Of a stretch of DNA of 40,059 bases, positions 8,514 through 16,824 are shown piece after piece. The notes beneath the pieces were generated by a model that saw only the letters and a program-made list of their open reading frames with translations, was not told the origin of the DNA and ran no database searches. A program made the position numbers and the translations under genes. The DNA is from Planctomycetota bacterium (lineage in GTDB: Bacteria > Planctomycetota > Phycisphaerae > WQYP01), in assembly GCA_021847065.1 (NCBI GenBank), contig JAJZVR010000002.1, positions 1 through 40,059 of the forward strand, read 5' to 3'. Numbering within the stretch: the first letter of the stretch is position 1; each line of letters starts with the position of its first letter.

Positions 8514-9461
8514 ATGAATACCGGCGTAACATCCATTCAATTGGCCATCCCGATGTGTCGGGACAACCTCCAGCCCATTAGGTCCGTGGGCGGTTTAGGG
8601 TGCTCTCATAGGCAGCAGGCTAATAGGTTTACCAAAAGGGTTTCAGCTTCCCGTGGTTCTTTATGGGGCGTTGCGATGCTCGCAGTCGCGGCGGTGGGCG
8701 TATCGACTCTGGCCACCGTCTCGGCGTCACCCGTGTTGCTCGTCGATTACAAAGCCGTCAACTACAACGCCATCACGGGTGTTTGGACTGATTCATCCGG
8801 TAATGGCAATAACGCCACCGTACCTGTTACGGCAACCGCGCCAACACTTCTGGCCAACGCCACGCCCAACGGCTCTTCAGCGGTCAGTTTCGTAGCAGGT
8901 TTCGGCCCGCAGGAATACCTGGACATCACGACCGGCTTGGCGCCGGGCAGCGGGTACACCATCTTGGCCTTTGGCGAGCCTACGGAAGCGGTGTACCTCG
9001 ATGATAATCTGGTGGGTGGCCCATCGGGAGCGGTCAAATATTTCATTGGTCCGACGCAGGGCATCAACTACCAACTGCTGGGTAACGGCGCAACCACGTT
9101 TGGCTCGTCCAATACGGGCGTACCGACTACCGCATTCAGCATGATCGGCGTCGCCACTGACAACGTGGGTAACGCAACGTTCTATTTCAACGGCAGCGCC
9201 GACGGAACCACCACCGGCAGCAGTCCGTTCACCGCAGCCATCAATCTCATCGGCGCCAGAGCAGCGCCGGCCACTGGCTTTTTCACCGGCAACATCGCGG
9301 AGTTGCAGGTTTACAGCGGCGTTTTGACCACCAGTCAGGTCCAGACGGTGAATCAGTCGTTTATTAATTCGTACGTTAACTCCGTACCGGAACCCGGTGC
9401 GCTGGTCATGCTGGCATTGGGTACTTTGGGATTGCTGCTGATTCGCCGCAGGACGGCCTGA
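8514..9461 (+). CDS. LamG/concanavalin-A-like lectin domain protein with a PEP-CTERM anchor
   Basis: 315 aa. The SD aaggag lies 7 nt upstream of the ATG. FFTGNIAELQVYSGVLTTSQV is the characteristic last strand of LamG-type jellyroll domains. The C-terminus is VPEPGALVMLALGTLGLLLIRRRTA. The hydrophobic signal segment starts only near residue 55, so the true start could be internal. Confidence 0.75.
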   Translation: MNTGVTSIQLAIPMCRDNLQPIRSVGGLGCSHRQQANRFTKRVSASRGSLWGVAMLAVAAVGVSTLATVSASPVLLVDYKAVNYNAITGVWTDSSGNGNNATVPVTATAPTLLANATPNGSSAVSFVAGFGPQEYLDITTGLAPGSGYTILAFGEPTEAVYLDDNLVGGPSGAVKYFIGPTQGINYQLLGNGATTFGSSNTGVPTTAFSMIGVATDNVGNATFYFNGSADGTTTGSSPFTAAINLIGARAAPATGFFTGNIAELQVYSGVLTTSQVQTVNQSFINSYVNSVPEPGALVMLALGTLGLLLIRRRTA

Positions 9462-9780
9462 TCGTTCTTGCGGGCATGGCCATTTTCGGGCGCGGGTCAG
9501 CCAATGATTTAGGGCCATGCGGGCGACAGGCAGGAGGAACTTGGAGCGGATCAGGATGCAGCAAGTGGAGTTGTGAGATTGCGACTTGGTGCCCCATGCA
9601 GAGGCGCATAGCCTCATATCGAACAGAGCCTCTCGTTTGGGTCCGTGACAGAGCACTAGGGGCCAAATTCCCTAACTTTTTAGCCCAGTTGCGCATTATC
9701 CCTCTCGCTGCAACCCTATAGCCTTCCACGGCACCGGAACCACAAATGATTGTTCCGATGCCGCACTGCGTTTGCCTGTC

Positions 9781-10760
9781 TATTGATCAGTGATCAGTGG
9801 TCATCGATCATTGCGTTGGCCGGCGCTGTTTGACAAGACAATAATACGCCACCAGTGTGAAACTGGAAGATGGATGAAGTTGGAAGATAGAAGCCAATGA
9901 AGGATACTGTCCTACTTGGAATCGACATCCCCGCACGCATTCATCTATAGCATTCGCAGCAACCCTGCGCCTCCGAAAATATTGATCAGTGATCAGTGGC
10001 TTTTTTTTTGAGCGCAGCATGACCCGCTCCGCGAAGATTTTCCGCGCTGTGCTGCAGCATGGATGCCGTAGTCGCGATGCGATTTGAAATCGCGTATCGG
10101 GATTGCTCGTTGTTCGTTGAGCGCAGCGTTTCGTTGTTCGTTGCAGCGAACCGCCCGCGCCCACTCCGCGCGCTCTCCTGTTCACCTGTTCAACGATCAC
10201 CTGATCTAGCCGCCGCAGCGGCTACCCCCCCCTTCAAAACATCTTGAGCATCTAGAGCATCTAGAGCATCTTGAAGAACACCCGCTAAAATCAACGCTCC
10301 CATCAACTTGTTCAACTTGAGCACCTTGCCACCCGAACTTGAGTTCTAGAGCAAGTTGAAATTCGCAAAGTCTTCTAACTCAACTTCTAACTTCTCCTGG
10401 CCCCGTAGGGGCCTCCAAAACCACTTGGCCCACTTGGCCACCTTGAACTAAACCCGCTACCATCAAGGTGTTTCGCAACTTTCCGAACTTGGACACCTTG
10501 CCCCCTGAACTTGGCCCTCTTGGCCCCCTTGAAATTCGCATAGAACGTTGTTCGTTGTTCGTTGTTCGTTGTTCGTTGCAATAATGATCCGTGTCAGGAT
10601 GTGACACCGTAACCTGTCACCCGTCACCTGTAACCTAAAACCTCGGCAGCCGCCGCCGCTAGGCTCCAAACATTTTAAGCGGTGAGCAGCACCGCATCTC
10701 ATTAAGGCCACTGTCCCGGCGCGCCGGGATCTCATTACTCATTGTTCATTGAGCGTAGCG
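9781..10760. repeat. ORF-free tract of about 1 kb made largely of short (7-20 bp) direct doublets/triplets, two ~90-bp degenerate units and a heptanucleotide microsatellite
   Basis: Read directly from the sequence. Elements seen:
- tattgatcagtgatcagtgg twice (9781, 9980).
- tcgttgttcgttg twice (10107, 10131).
- cacctgtt doublet (~10180).
- agcatct three times (~10248-10270).
- ccacttggc twice (~10421).
- (cgttgtt)x4.7 at 10546.
- gtcacc/gtaacc words (~10590-10640).
- ctcatt-type triplet (~10729).
- tgagcg(c/t)agc three times (10009, 10118, 10750). Confidence 0.8.
10546..10578. repeat. Heptanucleotide microsatellite (CGTTGTT) x 4.7
   Basis: cgttgtt cgttgtt cgttgtt cgttgtt cgttg, read directly. 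Shorter copies of the same word occur at 10107-10119 and 10131-10143. Confidence 0.9.
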
Positions 10761-10838
10761 CCTCCCCATTAGCTGAATCGCCGTTGCGCTGCAGAAACGG
10801 TCGCAGGCCCCTCTCCGTTCCAGGCGGTGTGCCCGCTT

Positions 10839-10866
10839 TTGTCAGGAATTGAAAATATGGCATAAT
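10839..10866 (+). promoter_or_regulatory. Sigma70-type promoter candidate for folA (TTGTCA-N16-TGgCATAAT)
   Basis: The -35 is ttgtca (10839-10844), with a 16-nt spacer. An extended -10 reads tgg+cataat (10858-10866). It lies about 112 nt upstream of the folA ATG. This is a pattern match only. Confidence 0.45.
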
Positions 10867-10920
10867 ACAGGGTGTTCCGGCAGGAAAGCCGGTGTTTTTA
10901 AGCCGACGGATTATGGAAGA

Positions 10921-10957
10921 GCTTGATAAAACGGACACAAGGAATGTTTTATCAAGC
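10921..10957 (+). promoter_or_regulatory. Perfect 12-bp stem hairpin in the folA 5' leader
   Basis: gcttgataaaac (10921-10932) pairs with gttttatcaagc (10946-10957), with a 13-nt loop. The hairpin ends 21 nt before the folA ATG and has no U-tract. A weaker hairpin with a U-run (ccggc-aggaaa-gccgg-tgttttt) sits at 10877-10899. Confidence 0.5.
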
Positions 10958-10978
10958 AAATGGGGTCGCTGGTGATTT

Positions 10979-11473
10979 ATGATAATAAGTCTTATTGCCG
11001 CGATGACACCCGATCATGTCATGGGGCTTAACGGACAACTTCCCTGGAATGTGCCGGAAGATCTCAAACACTTCAAAAGGCTTACCACCGGGCATACGGT
11101 TTTAATGGGCCGCAAGACATTTGATTCCATCCGCAAACCGCTGCCCAACCGTACCAATTTGATCTTGAGCCGACAGATTCCAGCACACATTCCGCCGGGC
11201 ACGCACTGGTTTACAGACTTGAATAAGGCGATCACCGTGGCGAAGAAATCCGGCGAACCGGAGCTATTTGTGGTTGGCGGTGCGGAAATTTATGCCATGG
11301 CCATGCCGCTGGCGGACCGCCTGTATATCAGTATTATAAAACTCGACGCCCCCGTCATTGGCGATACGTGGTTTCCGCAGTGGCAGCCGGCGCAATGGCG
11401 CTTGGAAAGCCAGCGGGAACTTCCCGGTGTGGAATTTCTTACCTATAACCGCATCCATGCGGCACCGCCCTGA
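10979..11473 (+). CDS. folA: Dihydrofolate reductase
   Basis: 164 aa. It reads ISLIAAMTPDHVMGLNGQLPWNVPEDLKHFKRLTTGHTVLMGRKTFDSI...LFVVGGAEIYAMAM...ADRLYIS, which is the classic DHFR motif set at the expected length. Confidence 0.92.
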   Translation: MIISLIAAMTPDHVMGLNGQLPWNVPEDLKHFKRLTTGHTVLMGRKTFDSIRKPLPNRTNLILSRQIPAHIPPGTHWFTDLNKAITVAKKSGEPELFVVGGAEIYAMAMPLADRLYISIIKLDAPVIGDTWFPQWQPAQWRLESQRELPGVEFLTYNRIHAAPP

Positions 11474-11487
11474 CGTGCAGAACTGAT

Positions 11488-12627
11488 TTGCAAGCTCACC
11501 ATTCTTGGCGCAAACTACCACTTTGGCCCGGAGATGATGTGTTGCCGCGAAGATTTGTTCAAATAGCAGTTGGTGGAATGGTTCTGCTTACCACCTTGGC
11601 ATTCATGCTCAGCGTTACGGGAATGGGAAGGCCGCAAAAAGCGATCACGAGGCGTTTACCGCCGTTGCCACCCCTGCATTTTCCCATCTCCGGCTTACCG
11701 CCGATCCGCGGTTTTTCAATGCAACTGGATAATCCGCACGGATTGACAGGGTATTTGCACGCCATTGCACAACTCCATGCCATGGGCTGCACATGGATTA
11801 ATTTTGTCATCAACGCCCGACAGCACGATGTTCATGCTGATAATATTCATATTGATCCGCAGGTTTCATTAACGCCGTTGCAGATTCGGAAAGTTCTCCT
11901 TGCCGCCCATCATCTGGGCATACACACCATGCTCATGCCCATTTTGCTGTTGAATCATGCGACCGGCGATGATTGGCGCGGAGTCATTAAACCTAAAAAC
12001 TGGAACATCTGGTTCGCACGCTACCGCGGATATATTCTGGCCGCCGCCGATTGGGCACAACAGGCTCATGTGAACATTTTTTGCGTTGGCAGTGAATTGC
12101 TTTCCACTGAGCCGTTTAATACACAATGGCTGCGTATTATTCGCATGGTGCGGCAGCGTTTTCACGGAAAACTCACCTACAGTGCCAATTGGGATCATTA
12201 TCAACATGTTCATTTCTGGCCACAACTCGATTACATCGGCATGAATTCCTATTACGATCTCTCTGATTCCAAAGATCCTACAACCGCTGCGGTTGTTGCT
12301 CACTGGCAACGCATTAAACACCGCATTTTGACGTTTGCGGCCAGGGAGCGAAAGCCGATGCTGTTTACAGAAATCGGATGGGACAACCTGGATAACACCC
12401 TGGCCAAACCTTGGGATTATGTGGGGACAGGCTTAGTGAATCCGCACAATCAGTTCATTGCGTACCAGGCGTTTGTGCGTGTATGGAGAACATTACCGGC
12501 TGGCTCTTTTGAGGGAGCCTTTATCTGGGAATGGCTTCCGGGCTGCAAACCGACCGATTACGGCGCCTACTCACCCCAGGGCGAGCCAGTGCTGCCGCTG
12601 CTCCGGCATTGGGTATCGGGGAAATAG
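11488..12627 (+). CDS. TIM-barrel glycoside-hydrolase-like protein (clan GH-A-like) with an N-terminal membrane or signal anchor
   Basis: 379 aa ORF. A candidate acid/base segment is NIFCVGSELLS and a candidate nucleophile segment is MLFTEIGW. The alternation of strands and helices looks like a (beta/alpha)8 barrel. The start is uncertain: TTG at 11488 or ATG at 11578 (MVLLTTLAFMLSV). The family assignment is tentative. Confidence 0.6.
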   Translation: MQAHHSWRKLPLWPGDDVLPRRFVQIAVGGMVLLTTLAFMLSVTGMGRPQKAITRRLPPLPPLHFPISGLPPIRGFSMQLDNPHGLTGYLHAIAQLHAMGCTWINFVINARQHDVHADNIHIDPQVSLTPLQIRKVLLAAHHLGIHTMLMPILLLNHATGDDWRGVIKPKNWNIWFARYRGYILAAADWAQQAHVNIFCVGSELLSTEPFNTQWLRIIRMVRQRFHGKLTYSANWDHYQHVHFWPQLDYIGMNSYYDLSDSKDPTTAAVVAHWQRIKHRILTFAARERKPMLFTEIGWDNLDNTLAKPWDYVGTGLVNPHNQFIAYQAFVRVWRTLPAGSFEGAFIWEWLPGCKPTDYGAYSPQGEPVLPLLRHWVSGK

Positions 12628-12711
12628 GCCCCGTCATTGAACTGCCCGTGAAAGCAGCAATCAGCGGGATATTCTGGAGGTACAACAGAGCCGAAACGCG
12701 AACTTTGTGCT

Positions 12712-13647
12712 TCAGGCGTTGCCGATGCGTACCGGAACGACACGGATATTTTCTGACAGATGGCGTTCGAGCATTTCCGTCAGCGCGTCGGCTTCCGCAG
12801 GTTGATCCGCGAGGATAAACAGTGTTGAGCCACTGCCACTGAGATGCACCGGACGATTGGTGATTGCATTAATTTCGTCGCGCAGGGCACGGAGGGGTAA
12901 CGTTACGGAAAACGCGGGGGTTTCAAGGTCGTTACGAATGATGGCACTGATTTCCGCGGCAGGGCGTTGAGATAATTCCCGCCAGGGAATCGCGGTTGCG
13001 TCCGGCGCAATGGCCTGGTTATCAAAGGCCTGATACACCTCTTTGGTGCTCGTCGCATAGGGCGGAATTATCAGTACGGCAAACAAAAGACGATGAAGGG
13101 GCAGCGGCTCAATAATTTCGCCGCGTCCGCGGCACACTGCGGATTGACCATGAATAAAAAATGGCACATCACTGCCAAGCGTGGCAGCGATCCGGGACAG
13201 CTCCGGCGTCGATATGGAAAGATTCCATAGTTGTTTTAACGCCAATAGAGCTGTGGCCGCATCGGAACTGCCACCCCCCAAGCCACCACCGGCGGGAATG
13301 AGTTTATGGAGCGTGATCTCTGCGTGGGGCTGAATATCGGCAGCCTGCGCCAATGCCAGCGCAGCACGGCAGACAAGATTTTTTTCCGGCTCATCTGAAA
13401 GCCCCGCCGTGAGTCCGGAGAGTTGCAGGGTTAGCGATTCGGCCTTGCGACACGTGAGCGTATCGCGAAGAGAAATGGGCACAAACCAGGATTCAATATC
13501 GTGAAAGCCATCGGGACGGCGTGGAAAAATCCGCAGCCCGAGATTTAATTTAGCCGGCGCATGGTACATCATAACATCGCCCGCCTCCGGTGTTGGCATG
13601 GCCACGCTGTCATCGTGTCGATCCAAATTTAAGTCGATGTTTTCCAT
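12712..13647 (-). CDS. ispE: 4-(cytidine 5'-diphospho)-2-C-methyl-D-erythritol kinase
   Basis: It contains APAKLNLGLRIFPRRPDGFHDIES and the GHMP-kinase loop IPAGGGLGGGSSDAATAL. The start is either 13647 or the internal MMYHAPAKLNL at 13572. Confidence 0.88.
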   Translation of the reverse strand: MENIDLNLDRHDDSVAMPTPEAGDVMMYHAPAKLNLGLRIFPRRPDGFHDIESWFVPISLRDTLTCRKAESLTLQLSGLTAGLSDEPEKNLVCRAALALAQAADIQPHAEITLHKLIPAGGGLGGGSSDAATALLALKQLWNLSISTPELSRIAATLGSDVPFFIHGQSAVCRGRGEIIEPLPLHRLLFAVLIIPPYATSTKEVYQAFDNQAIAPDATAIPWRELSQRPAAEISAIIRNDLETPAFSVTLPLRALRDEINAITNRPVHLSGSGSTLFILADQPAEADALTEMLERHLSENIRVVPVRIGNA

Positions 13648-13688
13648 GTATTTATTTCCCGGATTGGGTTATTACCACGGGAGCTGGA

Positions 13689-14690
13689 TTAACTTGCCAG
13701 TATACGGTCAATGGCCTTCAATTCTTCGGGGGTAAAAGCACGATTGGCGAGGGCGTGCACATTTTCTTCAATTTGCGATACCCTGCTGGCACCGATCAGA
13801 GCGGAGGTGATGCGCGGATCACGCAGCACCCAAACCAGGGACATCTGGGCGAGGCTTTGTCCGCGGGCCTGGGCAATATCATTGAGCTTTTTAATGCGGC
13901 TTTGCAGTTGCGGGGTAATTTTGTCCGCTTTGAGGAAGCTGTATGATTTGGCGGCGCGTGAGTCCTCCGGAATATTCCGCAGATATTTGCTGGTCAGCAA
14001 GCCTTGCGCCAGCGGGCAGAACGCGATGGCACCGACGCCATGCTCCCCCAGCACCGTTAATAATTCATCTTCAACCCAGCGTTCGAGCATTGAATAGCGG
14101 GGCTGATGAATCAGACAGGGCGTTCCCAGAGATTTAAGAATGGCAAACGCCTGCCGGGCCTGGGCCGGCTTGTAATTGGATAGCGCCACGTAAAGCGCCT
14201 TACCCTGCCGCACGGCTGCATCCAGCGCGCCCATGGTTTCTTCAAGCGGTGTTTCCGGATCAGGCCGATGAGAATAGAAAATATCCACATAATCCAGCCC
14301 CATGCGCCGCAGACTCTGATCCAGACTTGCCAGCAGATATTTCCGCGATCCCCAATCCCCATAAGGGCCGGCCCACATGGTGTAACCAGCCTTGGTTGAA
14401 ATAATCAGTTCATCACGCCACGGATGCAGATCCTGTTTTAACAGGCGGCCAAAGTTTTCCTCGGCTGATCCGGGCGGCGGACCATAGTTGTTTGCCAAAT
14501 CAAAATGGGTGATGCCTAATTCAAAGGCGCGGCGCAGCATGGCGCGTTGATTTTCAAGTAAATCCACGCCGCCGAAATTATGCCAAAGCCCCAGAGAAAT
14601 GGCCGGCAGTTTGAGCCCGGATTTGCCGCAACGGTTATAAACCATTGCATCATATCGATTGGATGCGGGCATCCAAGGGTTATATTGCAT
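13689..14690 (-). CDS. gpr: Aldo-keto reductase of the YghZ/Gpr (L-glyceraldehyde-3-phosphate reductase) / Kv-beta family
   Basis: 333 aa. It resembles E. coli YghZ as I recall it along nearly its full length: CGKSGLKLPAISLGLWHNFG, GITHFDLANNYGPPPGSAEENFGRLL, ELIISTKAGY, GSRKYLLASLDQSLRRMGLDYVDIFYSHRPD, LIGASR. The exact substrate is not established. Confidence 0.85.
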   Translation of the reverse strand: MQYNPWMPASNRYDAMVYNRCGKSGLKLPAISLGLWHNFGGVDLLENQRAMLRRAFELGITHFDLANNYGPPPGSAEENFGRLLKQDLHPWRDELIISTKAGYTMWAGPYGDWGSRKYLLASLDQSLRRMGLDYVDIFYSHRPDPETPLEETMGALDAAVRQGKALYVALSNYKPAQARQAFAILKSLGTPCLIHQPRYSMLERWVEDELLTVLGEHGVGAIAFCPLAQGLLTSKYLRNIPEDSRAAKSYSFLKADKITPQLQSRIKKLNDIAQARGQSLAQMSLVWVLRDPRITSALIGASRVSQIEENVHALANRAFTPEELKAIDRILAS

Positions 14691-14856
14691 AAAAAGCTCC
14701 AGATAATTTCAGTGTAATCAGGATTTCATGATACTCAATGACTGTATCCGCTCACCGCCGATTTGGGAAGTTCAGCAGAACGCCATTTCCAACCAAGGCG
14801 AAATTGTCCGCCAGTTAACCAAGGTTAAAATGTCCGCTTTTCGGCAGGTACCCGCG

Positions 14857-16212
14857 TTATGCAAGGGCCGGAGATTCGTGCAATTCTTGCGGTGTTTTCC
14901 AATGCCACATGACAAATAAGCCGGCACCCCATAGCGCCAATGCGGAATAGGTAACCAGACCCAGGCCACGAAGAATATAAAAAGGCGGTGGCAGAACCGT
15001 CATAATGTGGGACGCGGCGAAGAAAATCAGCACCCATCCGAGTGCCCCGCCCAAAGGGAGCGTCCGGTCGCGTTCCCAGCGCGCGGCCAGTAGCGCAGTA
15101 ACAAGTGGCAACACCATACAAAAATAATGGGGATGACAAATGGGGATAATGGGCATCATAATGGTAATGAGCACACCAAGAAACAAATTGCGAAAAATGG
15201 GGTCATCCTTTCTTCGCAGATATTCCACCAACAGCGTGATGGCCACAAGCGTAGCGGAGATTCCCCAATGCGTAAGCTTCATCCATTTTGCCGGGGCGGG
15301 GGCATGGCGACCAATATAAACAGTGTGATCTATCATAGCTTCAAAGGATGTTGAATCAGTTTTATTTATGTCCAGAAGTTCCTTATCACGCGAGGTGTTA
15401 TGATTTAATCCAAAAGCTGGTTCCAGAACCACCTGCGCAAAGCGGCGATATCCCGCGATCATGTGATGGGGTCCCATGATAATGCCGGGGATGACAAATA
15501 ATCCGACGGCCAAAGCCACCGCCATTCCAACAAGATATCTCCATCGCAGGCGGGATAGACCATAGAGAATTAAGAAACCGGGGAAGACTTTCAATGCCGC
15601 CGCCAGACCATTGGCGAAGCCCGCCCAGAATCGTTTTCGCGTTGCCAGAGCGGCCCCGGCAAAACAGAACAGCATTAACAGCTCACTGTTAACCTGTCCG
15701 CGCACGACCGCGCGGCCGATGGCGGGCAGGCAGACCAATATTGGAATAATGCGTAAAGCCCACCATCGGCGGCAATAACGGGGCATATTGCGCACGGCGG
15801 GGTCTGTGGAGGTCTTTTCCAGCGCCTGCGCCAGAACATGACTGCCCAACCAGATGCAGCCTATGCTGATGAGAAACCATATTGCCACGGAAACGGGATA
15901 TGGCAGGAGTCCGGCACGGCTGAATTTGGATGGCGCATCGGCCAGTGGATACAAAAGTGTTGCCAGCAACGGGGGATAATTGTAGTGCCAGCCATTGGTA
16001 TCTGTGACGTTGTAAGGATCCTTATGAACGCGCACGGCCCACGCGGCACGAAAATAAGTATCCACGTCCGTCATTCGTCTTTTAAGAAATGCCGATCTAA
16101 CTTCAGTAACACAGCCAAAAGCGAAAACGCCGATCAGCAAAGTGATCAGACCAAAACGTTCAATTTTTCCCAGCGGGTCAAAAAGGCCGGGCTTACTGGC
16201 GGTGGTATTCAC
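14857..16212 (-). CDS. Polytopic membrane glycosyltransferase, GT87/DUF2029-like (GT-C fold)
   Basis: 451 aa with at least 9 hydrophobic segments. The first loop, MTDVDTYFRAAWAV...GWHYNYPPLLATLLYPLA, resembles the conserved D..Y / Y.YPP motif of DUF2029 mannosyltransferase-like proteins. Confidence 0.6.
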   Translation of the reverse strand: MNTTASKPGLFDPLGKIERFGLITLLIGVFAFGCVTEVRSAFLKRRMTDVDTYFRAAWAVRVHKDPYNVTDTNGWHYNYPPLLATLLYPLADAPSKFSRAGLLPYPVSVAIWFLISIGCIWLGSHVLAQALEKTSTDPAVRNMPRYCRRWWALRIIPILVCLPAIGRAVVRGQVNSELLMLFCFAGAALATRKRFWAGFANGLAAALKVFPGFLILYGLSRLRWRYLVGMAVALAVGLFVIPGIIMGPHHMIAGYRRFAQVVLEPAFGLNHNTSRDKELLDINKTDSTSFEAMIDHTVYIGRHAPAPAKWMKLTHWGISATLVAITLLVEYLRRKDDPIFRNLFLGVLITIMMPIIPICHPHYFCMVLPLVTALLAARWERDRTLPLGGALGWVLIFFAASHIMTVLPPPFYILRGLGLVTYSALALWGAGLFVMWHWKTPQELHESPALA

Positions 16213-16602
16213 AATTGATCCTTATGATTGGTTGGGTCGATCACCTCAAACAAACGGGCAAAATTTCCCGCACACGGCATCGGGTGCGGCAACAGTTTTA
16301 GCTTGCCAGAGCAAATACCGCAAGCCAAAAACAGTGATTTCAGGGCGCAAGGACGCGTAGGAGCCTGTTGATTGCATGACGTATAAGCAATGCAGGCAAG
16401 CCGTGCATCAACTTTAGGCATTCGATACTGGGCGGCTTATTGTTCGGCAAACGCTTATTTTCGGGATAATTTTAATATTTTAAGCAATTGTGTCCAATAA
16501 TCAGGCAAAACGTCCTGTTTTTTAAAAGGAATATCCGGTTTGTCTGCAAATGGGTTCTGGTTTAGATAGAAAATACCAAAAAAAAATAGTAGTGCGACAC
16601 AC

Positions 16603-16618
16603 TGGCACGAGAGTTGCA
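16603..16618 (+). promoter_or_regulatory. Sigma54 (RpoN) -24/-12 promoter, a perfect consensus match
   Basis: TGGCACG-agag-TTGCA matches the TGGCACG-N4-TTGCW consensus exactly. It sits in a 725-bp divergent intergenic region and is preceded by an A/T-rich tract (aaaataccaaaaaaaaatag). It is 320 nt upstream of the citrate synthase ATG. Confidence 0.6.
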
Positions 16619-16824
16619 ATATATATCTCGCGTGCGGCAGTGACCGCAGGGGTGACAGAGAGTGCAAGACATTCGAGGCTGAAAGATGGTGGCGGCCTTC
16701 GAATATGACAAAATATGGATTGTGTATGGCGCAGGCCCGCCGCTTCCCCGGCACAACGTGGAGGTCTGTGCTGGTGTGATCTGCACCATACACTATCACT
16801 TAAACTCGTTTCCTCCTCCGCCAG

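Noticed and set aside
8877-9729. Minus-strand ORFs of 259 aa and 107 aa overlapping the 3' half of the LamG/PEP-CTERM gene and the region beyond it
   Set aside because: They are antisense to a well-supported gene. They have Arg/Cys/His-rich composition with no motifs, so they are probably shadow ORFs.
9781-10760. Possible CRISPR array in the repeat-rich non-coding tract
   Set aside because: The repeats are 7-20 bp words in immediate tandem or irregularly spaced. They are not 28-37 bp repeats separated by unique spacers of uniform length. No cas genes are in the window.
10380-10959. Short minus-strand ORFs within the repeat tract (for example MSHPDTDHYCNEQRTTNNEQRS...)
   Set aside because: Their periodic NEQRTT peptides are simply translations of the CGTTGTT microsatellite and neighbouring word repeats. 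There is no start context and no plausible fold.
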